From NCBI GenBank assembly GCA_000708835.1, contig DF237181.1, forward strand, positions 1-64,000: DNA of 64,000 bases, read 5' to 3'. Shown piece by piece: positions 9,575 through 25,757 of the stretch. The stretch is from Klebsormidium nitens (taxonomy: Eukaryota; Plantae; Klebsormidiophyceae). The notes below the pieces were generated by a model. The model did not search any database. It worked only from the letters and a program-made list of their open reading frames with translations, and had not been told where the DNA came from. How positions within the stretch are numbered: the stretch's first letter is position 1; each line of letters opens with the position of its first letter. The position numbers and the translations under genes are program-made.

Positions 9575-12500
9575 TTATGCAGGGAACAATTCTACGAACC
9601 GGTTTCCCATGTATTCCCGGTTCATTTGCCGGATCGCTCTAGTTGCTTCCTCGGGGCTGGCGAAAGCAACCCAGGCTTCGCCGGACGGCCGCCCGTCGCT
9701 AGTGGTCCCTAACGTGATGGTGTCTTTCAGGACGTCGAAGCCTTCGAAGAAGATGACGATGTCCCCAACCTGCAACATCGCCACCCAGCTTGCTTGAAAA
9801 AGCGAAGTAGTCTATGATCATCACCAAACCTTCAACGGGTCAATTTGAGAGATCCTCAGGAAGTGCTCTTGATCTGGCCACCCTGAGCAGACACGTAAGC
9901 AGGTCATGGGCTGACCCAAAAAGCACTCACGAGGAAACCGTAACTGCAGGAATTTGATTCTTACCGTTGCCCTGAAGGGCAGACCCCGCATCTTGATAGT
10001 AGCGGCTGGGTCGGAATTCACGCTAACCCGGCCTCCCTTCCCCCGTCCTTCAGCTGGCGCACCATTAACCTCTCTGCACGGGTTAAGCGCATGGTCAGAT
10101 AAATTCCGACGAGCCCCTGGCAACGAAGCAGGCCGAAAAAGACCTGAAAGAAGAGCGTCGCGAGTGGTTTTGGTTCTTCCAGGAGTGCGCTGGCAAATGG
10201 GAGCGTTGGAGCTGATCACTCGAGAAAATGTTGGGTTAACATTTGAATATTGACGATGGAAGGTCAGTAACGCGGAAGGGTACACTGATTGGACCAGAAA
10301 AGTAAAAGCAATCAAGAAATAACCGTGCTCAAGAACTTTGGCCGTAGCTCCGATCTCGCCCGGCGAATTTTGCGGACCAAGGAAAAAGGCTAGCGAGTGC
10401 GTGCGACTCACTCTTCCCGCACCCTGAAGAGTTCAATGTAGCGCACCCCAATCTCCTTGTTGTTCTCCTGCATGGCGCGCTGCACCACAAACAATGGGAC
10501 ACGTCAGTAACGGCTTCAAACCCACCTGCACCTGACTGACCACGTGGAGAGCTGAGAGCACACGTGCCTGCTTGTTGCACCAATCCAGAAGCCAACCCTC
10601 TCACTATGTGGAGCCAGCCATCTCTTATGCCGAAGCGTAGGCACTCTCTGGTGCCCCTACCCTGAAGCGGCATGCGGCACCCTGGACCAAAACGTCGACA
10701 TGAGCATTTTCAGAAACTTTCAAAAGCAGAATCTATCTTCTTCTTCTTTGATTCTTGTGCATAAAAAACGAGGACGGATGGTGGTGCCCCAGCTTACATC
10801 GGCCTCCGCCGGCGACGAGAACTCGACGAAGGCCTCCCCCGTTTTCCGGCCCGGGAAGGACTCCGTGATTTTGATGCTGTTGGGCTTGATGTCGTAGCCA
10901 GTGAAGAAGTCTTGGATGTCGCCCTGCAGAATTAAATGCAGTGAGGATACGCACGGGATCGAACAAGACGCGACACGCGATTCTGACACACATTGGCAAC
11001 GTCCGTTCCTCTGCAGAACTGCGGCCCTTCAGGGGGGGCTGGAGACAAACGTTTGCAACCTTGAAACGAGGCCTTTCTCCTCTCCTCTTCTGCACTCTCT
11101 GGTGCGGCATCACGAGGTTTGCGTTGAAGTTGCCAACTTGTCGACCTCTCGAAACAGCTGAGCAATGTAAACTTCAGTCGGAGATAAAAGCGTTATGTCG
11201 TTTTCACATATCCAAAAAGGGTACCAAAAAGTTGTTTTGCAAGGATGCAACTAGGTGCAACTCTCCACAAATCCACCTATCATCCGGCAAGCCGATCCCG
11301 CCCTTGAAGCTACGTACTTAGTTTCCCGTCACCGCAAATTGAAGGTGTTCTGCACAGACGAGAATCTTAACATAACGGCCGAGACTGCCCCTTACGTCAC
11401 CCTCTGCCAAATGCATACATTCTGACATACTAAAGGGAACACCAAAAAGCGCGCAATGTGGTCTCTCACCTCCTCTACGTCGAAGGGCAGCCCCCGCAGC
11501 TTGATGTAGCTGCTGCTCGCCGTTTCCCGCCACGCCGCCGCCACGCGCTGTGCGTGGATCTTGATGGCGCTCACCATGTCGCCCTTGGTCGTTGGGAACA
11601 GCTCCACGTACCGCTGCAGAGAAATGAACGTGAAATCACGGTTGAGGACGCAGAAACTTCACACATTCTTGTTGCTGGCAGAATTAAAACCTAGTTCAAC
11701 CCCTGCTTGCTCGATCTTTGCACGTAAGCTGACTTATGGAGGCCGCAGAAATATACTTTGTTGAAATCTATCAAGCTTTGGACTTGTCAACCTGCGGAAG
11801 GACGTGTCTGCACGGTCTAAGAGTGCAAAAACTTGACGCAGATTCAATTCTGGCAGAGTCAAAGCGCAGTCTATCCCTTAGTTGGTCGATCTTTGCACGC
11901 AAGCTGACTTACCGAGGCCGCAAGATCAGCAATCTGTCGACACTTATCAAGCTTTGAACTTGTCGAACGCGAATAAATCTGTTTAGTTGTAGAGGAACGC
12001 TTTGGATCCACGGCTTACCCGCCCCATCTGTTCCCGGTTCAGCTCCATTGCTTTCCTGGCCGTCTCCTCGTCCACAAACTCCACAAATGCCTGCAACAAA
12101 GATCGTCAAGTCACAAGCTGTCCCGAGCCGGGGAAAGACAGAGGGCTTCGCAGAAGTGACATTAAACTGCATAATCTCCGACCATTTGTAGGTCGGGTTG
12201 TCCCAGTCGAAGAACTCCAATCTCGGAGTTGGTCGTTGTCCTCCTGGCAAAAGCCGACGATTCCCCGCACGTATCTGGAGCCAGACGACAACAAGCAATT
12301 GCGTACCTACCCACTCAAAAACAATATTCCGCTCTGGTCGCTGCTTCTGTAAGCAAGCGCACGTATCTGGAGCCAGACGACAACAAGCAATTGCTTACGT
12401 ACCCACTCAAATACAAAATTCCGCACTGGTCGCTGATTCTGTAAACTTGCTTACAGAAGTCGACAATGAGAACGAAAAGGACGGAACAACCGCTGGCAAG

Positions 12501-14335
12501 CAAAAAAGGATTCCAGAGGCGGCTCACGTCTCCACTCAGCCTGCCATCCGCCAGCCGGCAGAGGAACACCCCATTGCCGACTACGTCGTATCCCGTGAAA
12601 AAGTCGACGACGTCCTCCTCGACTGCGCGGAACGGCAGCCCCCGCATCCGCAGCACGCCCTTGTACCCCGCGTCCGGGTTGCCAAACGCGCTGAGATCGT
12701 CCTCTGTCAGCTCGGGCTTGATCGCCGTCAGGTTCTGGTTCTTCTTGGCGAACTGCGGGAAAACAATACGGAAGGATGAGGACGTGGGGCAACAGTGTGA
12801 GGAGACTCGCTCTCAGAGGCGAACTGTTAGGGAAAGAAAGCGTAGAAATAGCAATGAATTCCAACAAGATGGGGCGTCTGGACGATTGGGCAAGAGCATG
12901 GAACGCATTCCAGGGAAGAGACCATCAAATGTTTGTTTCGAGCAATACGCTGAACCTTCAATGCGAAGCACATCACACACAACTTCAAGTCCTAATCGGA
13001 CCTGCAAAATGCGCGCATGCGACTCGATGTGCCCCGACGCTCGTGCGACTAAGGACTTGCAGATGGACGCTATTCTGAAAACAAAGCGCCCGCTCCCTTG
13101 CAATGTTTACAAAATTGCTTTTGAACCAGTCAGGAACTTAGCAATCCAAGGAAAAAGAGCTGGTCACTGAGAATAATCACGAAGCAGCCAGTCTGATCAT
13201 CTTTGCTTCGACAAGCAAAGACAAGCATGACAAGAGCTGTCAGTGCACTTTTAGAAGCACTCAGAAGTTGCAAGCTCAGCGCCGCACTTATTCCCCTACA
13301 AAGAGAGCAGAAGACACCGTGATCGTTATGCAGGCCCGGGGAACTTACGTCCAGATCTTGGTATCCTGCGGGAAAGACCTCGATCCACCTGTTCCCGACA
13401 TACCCGCTGCAGGAGAAACCACAAGCCAGTCAATTAAGCATCCTCATGCCAGAAGTCCTCCTGTCAAGACATCTACAGGAACAGAAGTACTACACACGAT
13501 GTGGCCCGACACGTTCCGTTGATTGCTGAAACGCAATCGCGTGTCCCAGAGCGTGTCCAAAAGCAGACTGCGGTGACGGGGGGGTTCTGGAGGAAGGTTT
13601 CGGCAATACTGGACGAAACTGGCGAGCAAGTTGAGGCTGACGGTGACCTTTCTCCAGGTAACGAACTTTGCTTGACTCACTTGTTCTTTCCCAGAGCCAG
13701 ATCCGCATCTTCGATTGAAGCACATTCCACGATTGCCTCTCCCGACGGCCGCCCTGCACGAAAGACCTGAACTTTCAAACGGTGTACCTTCCTCAGACGC
13801 CCATCTTAACTAAAAGGGGGCATAACCTTTGTAGCGGGGCCCGGCAACTTTAAACGCAATCCGGAACATGGCCTCGGCGTCGAGCTTGGGGCTGAGACTT
13901 GGTGGAAGCTGAGACTGGCCATGCGACTGACAAGTTTTTGCAGACCGCGCAAGCGCCACCCTTTGGGAGAGCTACTGATCTGAGGCTAGCGCTTCAACCG
14001 GTCTCAGGAGGTACACACACCTTTCAGCTCTTAAGACGTGCACGGACCATCACGAGGCCTCCGCAATTACTGCAAATAGACAACACCTCCATGAAACAAA
14101 GAGAAAGGAGTTTAATCAGTTTGGTCTGCGCACCTCTGGCATCAAGCGTTAGGATGATCCCTTCAGGGCCCATCTGGACCCCCTCCAGGAATCGCTCGAT
14201 ATCCTGGCTCGTGGTGTCCCACGGAAGGCCTCGCAGGCGTACCACCGGAGCATCGCCCACCACCCTGGAAAACCACCAGACAGCCTGTCTTGCTTTATGT
14301 GACTTTCTTGAAGACGGTCCAGATCTACCGGACAT
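9575..14335 (-). CDS. hnRNP F/H / ESRP-like RNA-binding protein with four quasi-RRM domains (about 423 aa)
   Basis: Exons 14335-14134, 13753-13681, 13406-13349, 12752-12528, 12090-12019, 11613-11470, 10923-10798, 10479-10412, 10073-9965, 9769-9575, all GT-AG and in phase. Four (L/M)RGLP(W/F) motifs, each followed by G(E/D)A-x-V and R(Y/W/F)(I/V)E(L/V)F. Start codon somewhat uncertain. Confidence 0.85.
11645..11970. repeat. Intronic diverged tandem duplication, period about 175 bp
   Basis: TCGATCTTTGCACG(T/C)AAGCTGACTTA..GAGGCCGCA...TATCAAGCTTTG(G/A)ACTTGTC starts at 11711 and 11886. Confidence 0.8.
12267..12450. repeat. Intronic tandem duplication, period 92 bp
   Basis: GCACGTATCTGGAGCCAGACGACAACAAGCAATTGC is identical at 12267 and 12359, followed by similar sequence (ACCCACTCAAA..ATTCCGC.CTGGTCGCTG.TTCTGTAA). 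Confidence 0.9.
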
Positions 14336-16365
14336 CTTCGTCAACAATTGACGGCCTTATGAAGACTTGGAAAAGCATCTGCTTGTTTGATTCGCAATCG
14401 CGCGCAAATATCTGAGCTTTTCTGATGAGCTTCTTGTATAGGAATCAAGTGTTAGTAGGCTTCCTGGCGAGGAACAAAGTGGTTTTGGATAAAACGGTTG
14501 GAAGTGTGTCAACAGTGGTGCAGTCCAGGCAGTCCACGGGAAAGCGACCTTACGCACACACCAAGGAGTGAGCATGCCCTGAAGTGATTGGTTTCTCTTC
14601 TGCTGAACCTCATCTAAGGACATGCTGCTTTCCAGAAAAAGAATATCCAAATACAGATTCAAGGGCGCAAGATGTGTTACTCACGGTGGTGGCCGTCTCC
14701 CATAGTTCTCCCTTTCGCCGTACGCTTGGCATACCACTGGGCTTGTGGCGAAATTGTACCTGGACAAAAACAACAGCGATGCTGGTCAAAAAAGCGGACA
14801 AAGCAATCAATTCCAATCAGGAAGACGAGTCCTGCACAATCTTGCCAATCATGGATGTGCCTCCCCAAAACCTGGAGGAGTTCAATGAGCAATAGGTACT
14901 TTCCAACCGTTCTTGATCAAGTCTGGGATTGTTTTCTTGATTCGATCTCCGACCATCTTCAGCCTGCTGGAGCAGAAATCAGGTGAAGTTGGTGCTTTGA
15001 ATGCGGAGCAAGAAAGGACTGCACAATGCAACCAAGGAAGTTTCAAAAACCGCCCTGTTTTCAGGAATCCCCCGAGCAGATGACGGACTTCATCACTTTC
15101 CAAAAGAAGGCCAGCAATGAGGGCGATCGATGCAAGGCTCGAGAAAGCGCTTTCATTCAATTCTGAAGTCACCATTACCATCACATCCCATGAACTTAGG
15201 GCTTCAGCACAAAAGTTCTTCACCAGTCAATGGCGCCTGTTTTTTGAAGGGAAATACCATCTCAACAACTGTAAACCTTCACAAAGAAACTTGAAAGCTT
15301 GTGAAAATGTGCATGCCCCAATGAGGATGCAGTGTGGATCCGGCATTGCGCACAAAATGCGAACTTGTCACCAGAGCTTGGTACATGAAGAATGACGAGA
15401 CAGCTGACCTTTGAGGTTCATAGAAAGGGCCAGGTGCCCCGAGCCCTGATTGCCTCAATGCATCCACTGCCAGCAGATCCTGGAACAGAGTCTGCCGTGG
15501 CTGTAAAAAGTGGCCAACCAATGCACTCCTCAAACTAAGAGGCAGCCCCGGGACACCTTGCTGTCCCACATTGTTGCGCGGCGCAGGCTTGCTTAGCAGG
15601 TTAAGCACGGCCCGGCTTAACCCCAGGCTGCTGCTGGCCGTGCAAGAAGAGCCCTGCATGGTGGCAGACGACCCTTTGGCGAGCACTACCCTCAGGGAGG
15701 CCCTCCACGGGCCGAGCAGAGCCACACTTGCGGCGGGAACAGGGAAAAGGCGGGAGGAATGAGCAGACCTTTTTACAGAGCAGGTTAATGAGACAAGGCT
15801 ATGAAGTATTCTATGGGGGCGCCCTAACCGCTTTGTCCTGTCACGGTCTCCTGAGCTTCCTGAAACAGTGAAAGTGGCGTATAAGAAGCTTGGCAAGGAA
15901 GGCAAGAACGTCTCGAAGAAGGAAACCTCAACATGTTAGAAACTGTGTCAAGTTTCCGAATATCTTAGATGTTGGTTTAACGGTACTGACCAACCAGAAA
16001 CCCAGCCTCTCCTATAAGCCAGCCTGGGCTGAGACTTGTCACTTAACCTACCTATAGCCGGTTCGGTTACGGACCTTTTCCCCCGACACTTGCCAAGGAA
16101 GCACAAATGTGCATTGCTGACCTGCAGCCTGCAGATCTCGATTCAGGTTGCGACATCACCACTCTTTCACAGCGGTGGGAGACGTGGGGAGCCCGTGGGG
16201 AGACGTCCTGGTGGAAGATCAGGATTGCACAGAGAAAGAAGCGAGGTCCTGTCTTGCTTATCGTTCAAATATTGCGTTCATACAGCTTTCCAGCATTGCT
16301 CACCGACCGCCCATTGGAGACGGGTTCGTTTAGTGTTTGTGTGGAGGGCAAAAGCTTGCGCTCCA

Positions 16366-19302
16366 ATGGTGGTGTCACGGCATGAAAGCGACCCACAGGT
16401 TCTGCCGAGGCGGATCTTAGAAGACAATGCCGGCGATTTGCAGCCTTCGCGGAAGATTGTCGTCCGGGTTGGGTCCTCGTATGGGCTTGGACTTCGCAAG
16501 AGCGATACAGATGCACCGGCGCTGACGGAGCTGCCCTCGTGGAATCAGCTCAAGTTTGAGCTGTGGCTGCAATGGGAGCTGGCGGCCCCGCTCCTGGTTC
16601 AGGGGGTTTTGCAGGTGAGAAGATTGGATTGATTTTCTGAATCTGCAGTCAGAAAAAGGCCTCTTCTACTTGTATGAGCGGCATCCAGAGAAATGAAGAA
16701 TGTTTGCGTTGACATAAGCGGATGTGCAATTAAGGATCTGAATCCATGGACGGCGCTGAGGGGGAGTCAAAGGGGCACTTTGATTCCGCATGAATTTGGG
16801 ACTCATTTATAAACTTTGCCGAGTGTTTTTGACACAAAAAAGATACAGAAACTAGCAAAGTGGCCATTGATTGACCGAGTCTGCAGATGGGCCATGCTTT
16901 TGTTGCAACTCACACAGAGCTGCAGCCAACGCAGCCAATGCTTGTGTATATAGTCAGTTAAACAAACAATTGAATGTATCAGTTTGTGGGGAGTTGATGA
17001 TCAAGTACAAAACAAGCTGCGCCTGTCTGAGGGGGTCCTGGCAATCCATGCATGTCGTGGTGGGTTCGGCACTTTTTAAGCTATGTCTAAGCTCTCCCCA
17101 TCATCCGAACATTCCGCCCATCAGCTTTTCTCCACGTGCCTTCTTGCCTCTGATCTTTACAGTAGCACAAATCACGGATTTTGATGCACCAAACTATGAT
17201 ACTCGCAAACAGTGAAACTGTTCAATCCGCTCGTGATGTTCTCTCTTTCCCCCATGCGCAGGTCTTCCTGGGTCTGGTATCCATCATGTTTGTTGGTCGG
17301 CTTGGGGAGCTAGAGCTGGCAAGCGCCTCTCTTGGAATCTCCCTGTACAACGCCACCGGCTACTGGATTATGCTGGGATCCGTGGGGGCTATGGTGAGTA
17401 GTTTAGTTGAGCCTCATGGTTTGTATCGAACAAATGTTTGGTGGGTGGAAAAACTGCCCTGTACTTAGCTCGGCTGCCTTGTTTAGGGAGGACCGCGTCC
17501 TTAACATACACCATTAAGATCACCTAATGTCAGAACGAAGTGCAAGTTGTGAATCTGTGAAAGCTCGGGAGTAAGATTGCAATCAATTCAAGGAACTTTG
17601 GCTCCTGGTGTGCCTGTTGTCTCGCACCGTTTGACGGGACCAGATCATTCTGATTCTTATTCTGATGGTGTAAAAGTCCTAAAATCTTCGGTAAGTGGTG
17701 CCTTGCAAGATTCACTCGGAAAAAGTTGCCACTCCGGCCCCGTTCGCAACCCTTTCACATCCGACGATTGTTTTTCAGGAGGCCCTTATGAATCTCAACG
17801 TTTGCCTCCAGCCCAACACTCTTCCCTCTCGTGCACTCCGTCCAGAAAGAAGCAAAGAAACCGGGCAGACAACTCGCGGTCCTCCGACACTTTCTCACAC
17901 GTGTTTAATGTTTCAAATGATCATCTGGCCTCAGAGTTTATTTGAGTGTTTTCAAGTTGCCGTTCTTGCTGAACAGTGCGCTGATTCCCAACTCCTTGAA
18001 TACCGGTGACGATATCTGCGGGTAGACCCCTTCAACCGAAAGCGAGGTCACTTCTTAGACCTGATTCTTGTCTTTCGGACATGTACTACGCATTGAAAGC
18101 CGCTCGTCTTGATCCACCAACAGGAGACGCTCTGCGGGCAGGCCTTCGGCGCCAAGCAGTACCACAAGCTGGGCGAAGTCCTGCAGCGCGCGCTGTTCGT
18201 CAACACCGTTTTGTGTGGCCCGGTCATGATCCTCTGGATGTACGCTGAGGAGATCCTGCTAGCCCTCGGACAAGAGCCCCACATCGCGGACGCGACGACC
18301 CGGTTCCTGTACGGCCTCTTTCCCGCGCTGTTCGGGGCCGCGTGGGGCATGCCCCTCGTGAAGTACCTCCAGACGCAGAACATCGTGCGGCCGCTCGCCG
18401 TGTGCTCGGGCCTCACGCTCGCGGTCCACGTCCCGGTGACGTACGCGCTCGTCTTCTCGCTCGGGCTCGGCTTCATGGGCGCCGCGTACGCGACGTCAAT
18501 CTCCCAGCTCGTCTTCTTCTTCCTGCTCCTGGGGTCGATCTACATCTCCGGCGCGCACAAGAAGACGTGGGGCGGATGGTCCCGTCGGGCCATGTTTTCG
18601 GACGTGTCCGAGCTGTGGGAGTACGTACGGCTGGCCTTCCCGTCCGCAATCATGACGTGCCTCGAGTCGTGGGTGTACGAACTCGCCCTGTTTCTTGCGG
18701 GGCTGCTACCAAACCCGGCGGTGCAACTCTCGGCGATCAACATTCTAACGAACACAACGATGCTGACCTTTATGTTGGCGGTGGCGTGGAGTGCGGCGGT
18801 CAGCGTGCGCGTGGCAAACGAGCTGGGGGCGAACTCGCCGGAGCGCGCCCGGCTCGCGGTGCTCGCGTCCCGCGTCACGAGCGTCGTCACCGCGGCAGCC
18901 GTCGCGATCACGCTCTTTGCGTGTCGGCACGTCTGGGGGTACATATTCACGGACGACGTCCCGGTGATCAAGCTGACCGCGAGCCTGTTGCCGCTGCTCA
19001 GTATCTCCGCAGCCACGGATATTCTGCAGTACACGATGTCGGGTGTTTTGAGGGGGTCGGGGAAGCAGGACTTTGGGGCGCTCTGCAACTTTCTGAGTTA
19101 TTACTTGGTCGGCATACCGATGCTGGTCTTTCTGGGATTCTATTGCAATTTGGAGGCCATGGGGGTGTGGTCGGGGCTCCTCATGGGAGTACTTGCTAAT
19201 CTTGTAATCTATTCAATTCTCACGTCTATGATTGACTGGAAGAAGGAAGCCGAAACGGCCCTATCGAGGACGGGTGGGCTCGACACGCACTTGCTCGGAT
19301 AG
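16366..19302 (+). CDS. MATE/DTX family multidrug and toxin extrusion transporter (about 519 aa)
   Basis: Exons 16366-16614, 17262-17393, 18124-19302. Motifs SIMFVGRLGELELASASLG, ETLCGQAFGAKQY, CLESWVYE, SVRVANELGA, SGVLRGSGKQ and YYLVGIP are characteristic of plant MATEs. Confidence 0.92.
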
Positions 19303-20659
19303 ACTTAAGTCGGTCTCTATATCACGGTAGACTACTGAATCTCAATAGATCCAATTGCTGGAAAACAAAGTAGTAACAAGTTGGAACGGGTGGTGCGTCG
19401 TATTAGGCTCTAGACTATTATCATTTCTATAGTTTATGTGACTCAATGCTAAGAGTATGTAAGGGTCTGTAATGAAGCTTGTAGAAACGATAAGCACTCA
19501 AGTTGCTCAAGGTGTTTGTGCTGTATCACAGTGTTGTCCCATGGTGGTTCTAATATGCACGATTGACGTATCAGCATACAGATTTGTACACACCCTTAGA
19601 AGCAAAGACATGCGGCGATCTGAGGACTGGACAGCCAGGACGGGGTTTGATGTATGGGCTTTTGACATTATTATAAGAGCCTGCAGATATAGGTATTGCT
19701 AGTGCGACTATAGCTAGAATCAAGCGGCTAGGGATCATATGCACGCAGTTACCGTACGCAGGAATTGGTCGGATTGTGGTTGAGGTTGATTATGGTTGAG
19801 AGCACCCTTGGAGTTGTAATGCCCGGGCCGGCCCCCCATTGTGGCCGCCTGCATGCATGATTGCACGGAGGTTCATCGACGATTGTGTCGAATGATGTTG
19901 TGCGTTTTGGTGTACTGACGATCTTGTCGATCCGACCATGCTGGAATCGGGCCGTTTTCCAGATCGAGTTCGTCCATGGAATGTTAATTGTATGTTGAGC
20001 GTTTAGATGTATACCTATCTAGCACTAGGGCGGCCGCGGCTATGTACACTCAGCTTCGATTTTGTAACCCATCATTTGCCAAGTCTGGTATACTTCGATG
20101 TCTAGGACTTAACACTCAACGACCATTGAGAATATACATCATCATGCATGTGAGACGGTCATGATTGTTGTGCAGCCGAATCATTTCAATCACATGTGCA
20201 CGGTTACTGTCAGAATGCAAGCTAGTAAAGACGGCAGAATTATGTTTCACCTCTTGCATCCCTCTCAAATGCAGGCCCGGACTCAATCTGCGACTACATT
20301 GATTGTGCCGACAGACGAGCAGTGGTTAATAAATCGATCTGCCGAGAACCAAATATAGACAAAAAGGAAATATAGCTTATAAGGTCGACATTAGTTTGCA
20401 AAGCCCGTTTTCAAGCAAGAAACTTTTGCAGGTACCTTAATTATGTACACTGGGCATCTGAGATCACTGCATGAGGGCTTTAGCCCTGCACATCGCGACA
20501 AAAGCCCCCCTCTACTTTATGGTCTAGCATGAACGGAGATACTGAGACTGCTCTAAAGCTTTGGTGAGAAACCGAAGCAAGTCCGGTCCTTGTCATCTGT
20601 ATACTCAACCCAAGTCTCTATGTATCCGAAACCGTCCACGAGACATCCCCTGGAAACTC

Positions 20660-23433
<2,774 letters not shown>

Positions 23434-23950
23434 CCTTGCTGCTGTTTCCAACCAGACGATGTAAGAATCTGTAAAACTTTCGAGCAGAATAGCGTGTGGC
23501 GCAGGCGCTGATCTTCGTTGTCAATCAAAAATATGCCTCCCTTTTTAGTTTCCTTTCTGAGGACCAGATCAGACCCGATTCAAAGATGGAAGTATTCAAA
23601 GCACAAGAGCGCAAGTACTTTGCCAGAGAAACGGAACCTGCTCAGCTCGTCCGCCACAAACCCGCCCCTTTCGCCTTTGAACAGCTCTGAGAACAGCTCT
23701 GCTGCTTTGTGAGCTGTGCAAGGTGACTCAAAACGGTGACACAAAAGCATGCAAACTTCGAAAGGAGAATGTCCAGCGAAGCACAATCCAGCTGGCAGGT
23801 GCGCAACCACGCACTTTCATGCCGGCGACCTTTCGTTCTCCCGGTGAACTTGACACTAGATCCTAGCCTTTGCTCTGGAAGGAAAGACGGGAAGAATATT
23901 CTTAGTGTCACGTGAGCTCCAAAGTCGGGAGGCCCCGGGTTGAAGGTGTC

Positions 23951-23958
23951 AAACCCTA
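23951..23958 (+). promoter_or_regulatory. Telo-box-like AAACCCTA in the 735-bp divergent promoter region
   Basis: Exact AAACCCTA between head-to-head start codons at 23433 and 24168. A single 8-mer can occur by chance. Confidence 0.3.
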
Positions 23959-24167
23959 AACTCAGAGGGAGCTCCCTAGATTGAGCTCTGCAGAGCCATG
24001 AACTTGAAGTAGGTACGGTAGCTTCTGCAAGGGGCGCTCCTGTTGAGTGAGAATCAGATTGTCAACTTGCCAGCAGCGGCGGAGCTTTGTGTGCATTACA
24101 GGCTACAGCGGCTACAACAGGTTGTCCTCCAACCTGTCTCATTTACGGACGGTGGGAAGCAATCACG

Positions 24168-25757
24168 ATGGCGGCGCCTCCGATAACGCCTTGGTGGGAA
24201 CGAACGCTTGCCAATGATGGCCAATGTTCGTACAGCCGGTCAGAAAGTTACAGCTGCAAAACCACGTTTGATGCGGAGGCGGGGGACAAGCCCGTAAGAC
24301 GGTGCGAGCGCATCAGGACTCTACTGCGGCATTGCCCTGGAAAGTAAGAGTCTCTTCCACTGGAGAGAGCTGGTTTGATACGAGAAGGTCACCTCTTGAA
24401 TCGGCACAGATTGAGCGACATTGAAGAAGCTGGGGCCCAGAGTGTCTTGACCATTGATGTCGTTTTCCAGCTTGAAGACTACTTTGTTCTTTCAGAAATC
24501 TTCGTATCCACTCCTTACATGGTGGGGTTCCATCTCTGAAAAGGGTCTGGAAGATCAGATGTTGCCATTGGTTGCCTGCCTGTGCCTGATACTTTGGTGT
24601 CCTTTGCTTTGACTCAGGTTGGAGTGGAGCCCTTGCTGGACATCCGGCACTTCAATCCCTTTTGGGCTTTCTGCCATCTTCGAAATACACTGACTGATTT
24701 GTTCTTAGAACCTCAGGGCCCCCTTCTGGTCTGGAGAACACAAGGGTTCTGGTTATTACCTTGTAAGGGTTCGGCAATTGAGCTTCATCGGGGTGCCGCT
24801 TCTTTTTTGCTGCTACTTAGGAGCTTCCTAAGCAGGTTTTGAGTACATGCTATTTGCTGTTGCCTCTTTGGATAGTGCTAGTGCCACAAGGCTCAAGTAT
24901 TGCAGCAAAGTTCCCGGTTATTGATGGATCCAGTTCCACTTGATGCCGTTGACTTCCTCGTACGTAGTTCCTCTTCTCAGTGCTCTTTCGGCATTCCAAT
25001 GCGGTTGTGCGTGAAAACAGTGATAACTTACGTCCAAGTTGTTTGCCCACATGCAAAGCTTAAGCAAGCGGAGTTGCAGAGAAGTTACGGTGTTTTCATG
25101 TTTGTCCAGCTCTGATGGGCTTCTCCTAGTCTTTCTCACTTGGGAGAAAACTTTTTCTCATTTCTGTTCACCGACACTTGGCGAGCCCTTCGTACTGAGT
25201 ATTCATATTAGCTGGACTTTCTCTTCTCTTCAATGTGAGATCTTTCTCTTATCACCTGAGAGTAACCAAGCGTGGCTTCGATCCCCTGCCTCTGCAGGCC
25301 CACAGAAGTTGTCGAGTCCACGTCAGAAGTCACTGAAGAAGAAGAGACGTCTCCCCAACGCCTTCCCGGCCTGCCATCACTCCCGTCACTGCCCTCGCTG
25401 CCCTCTTTTCTCCCCCGAGCGCCTGAAGGGCCCTCCGGGGAAGAGCGGGTGGACTCGTTCTTCAAAGACATTTTTAAAGCGACTGAAGAAATGCTTGGCC
25501 AGTTCGAAACGAAACTGGAGGAGAGTGCGAGCAAAGCGCTGAAGGGGTTCTTCCCGCCAGAGGGAGGGGCTGCCAGGGCAAATGGAGCCGGGGGCGATGC
25601 GGAGCGGCTGAGGGGGTGGAAAAAGTTCCTGGGGCTCGAAACGGATGGTGTCGAAAAGAAGGAGAGCCCAGGAGTGGGGCCTCGCAGAAGCGGGGACGCT
25701 GTGCAAAAGAATGTAGATCAGTATAAGAGCTTCGAGCAGAAGTTCGAGGAGGTGTAG
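24168..25757 (+). CDS. Fra a 1 / Mal d 1-associated-protein-like (about 211 aa)
   Basis: Exons 24168-24343 and 25298-25757 join in frame: CSYSRSESYSCK...RRCERIRTLLRHCPGK|PTEVVESTSEVTEE. This matches my recollection of the plant pattern C-x10-C...RKCE-x7-C-x-G-R/K-P-x-EVV. Family assignment is from memory. Confidence 0.65.

Noticed and set aside
4931-12450. Repeat series as CRISPR-like arrays
   Set aside because: Eukaryotic intronic tandem duplications with no unique spacers, no constant repeat length and no cas genes.
25272-25757. 161-aa intronless orphan ORF
   Set aside because: It is exon 2 of the gene starting at 24168 (acceptor at 25296-25297).
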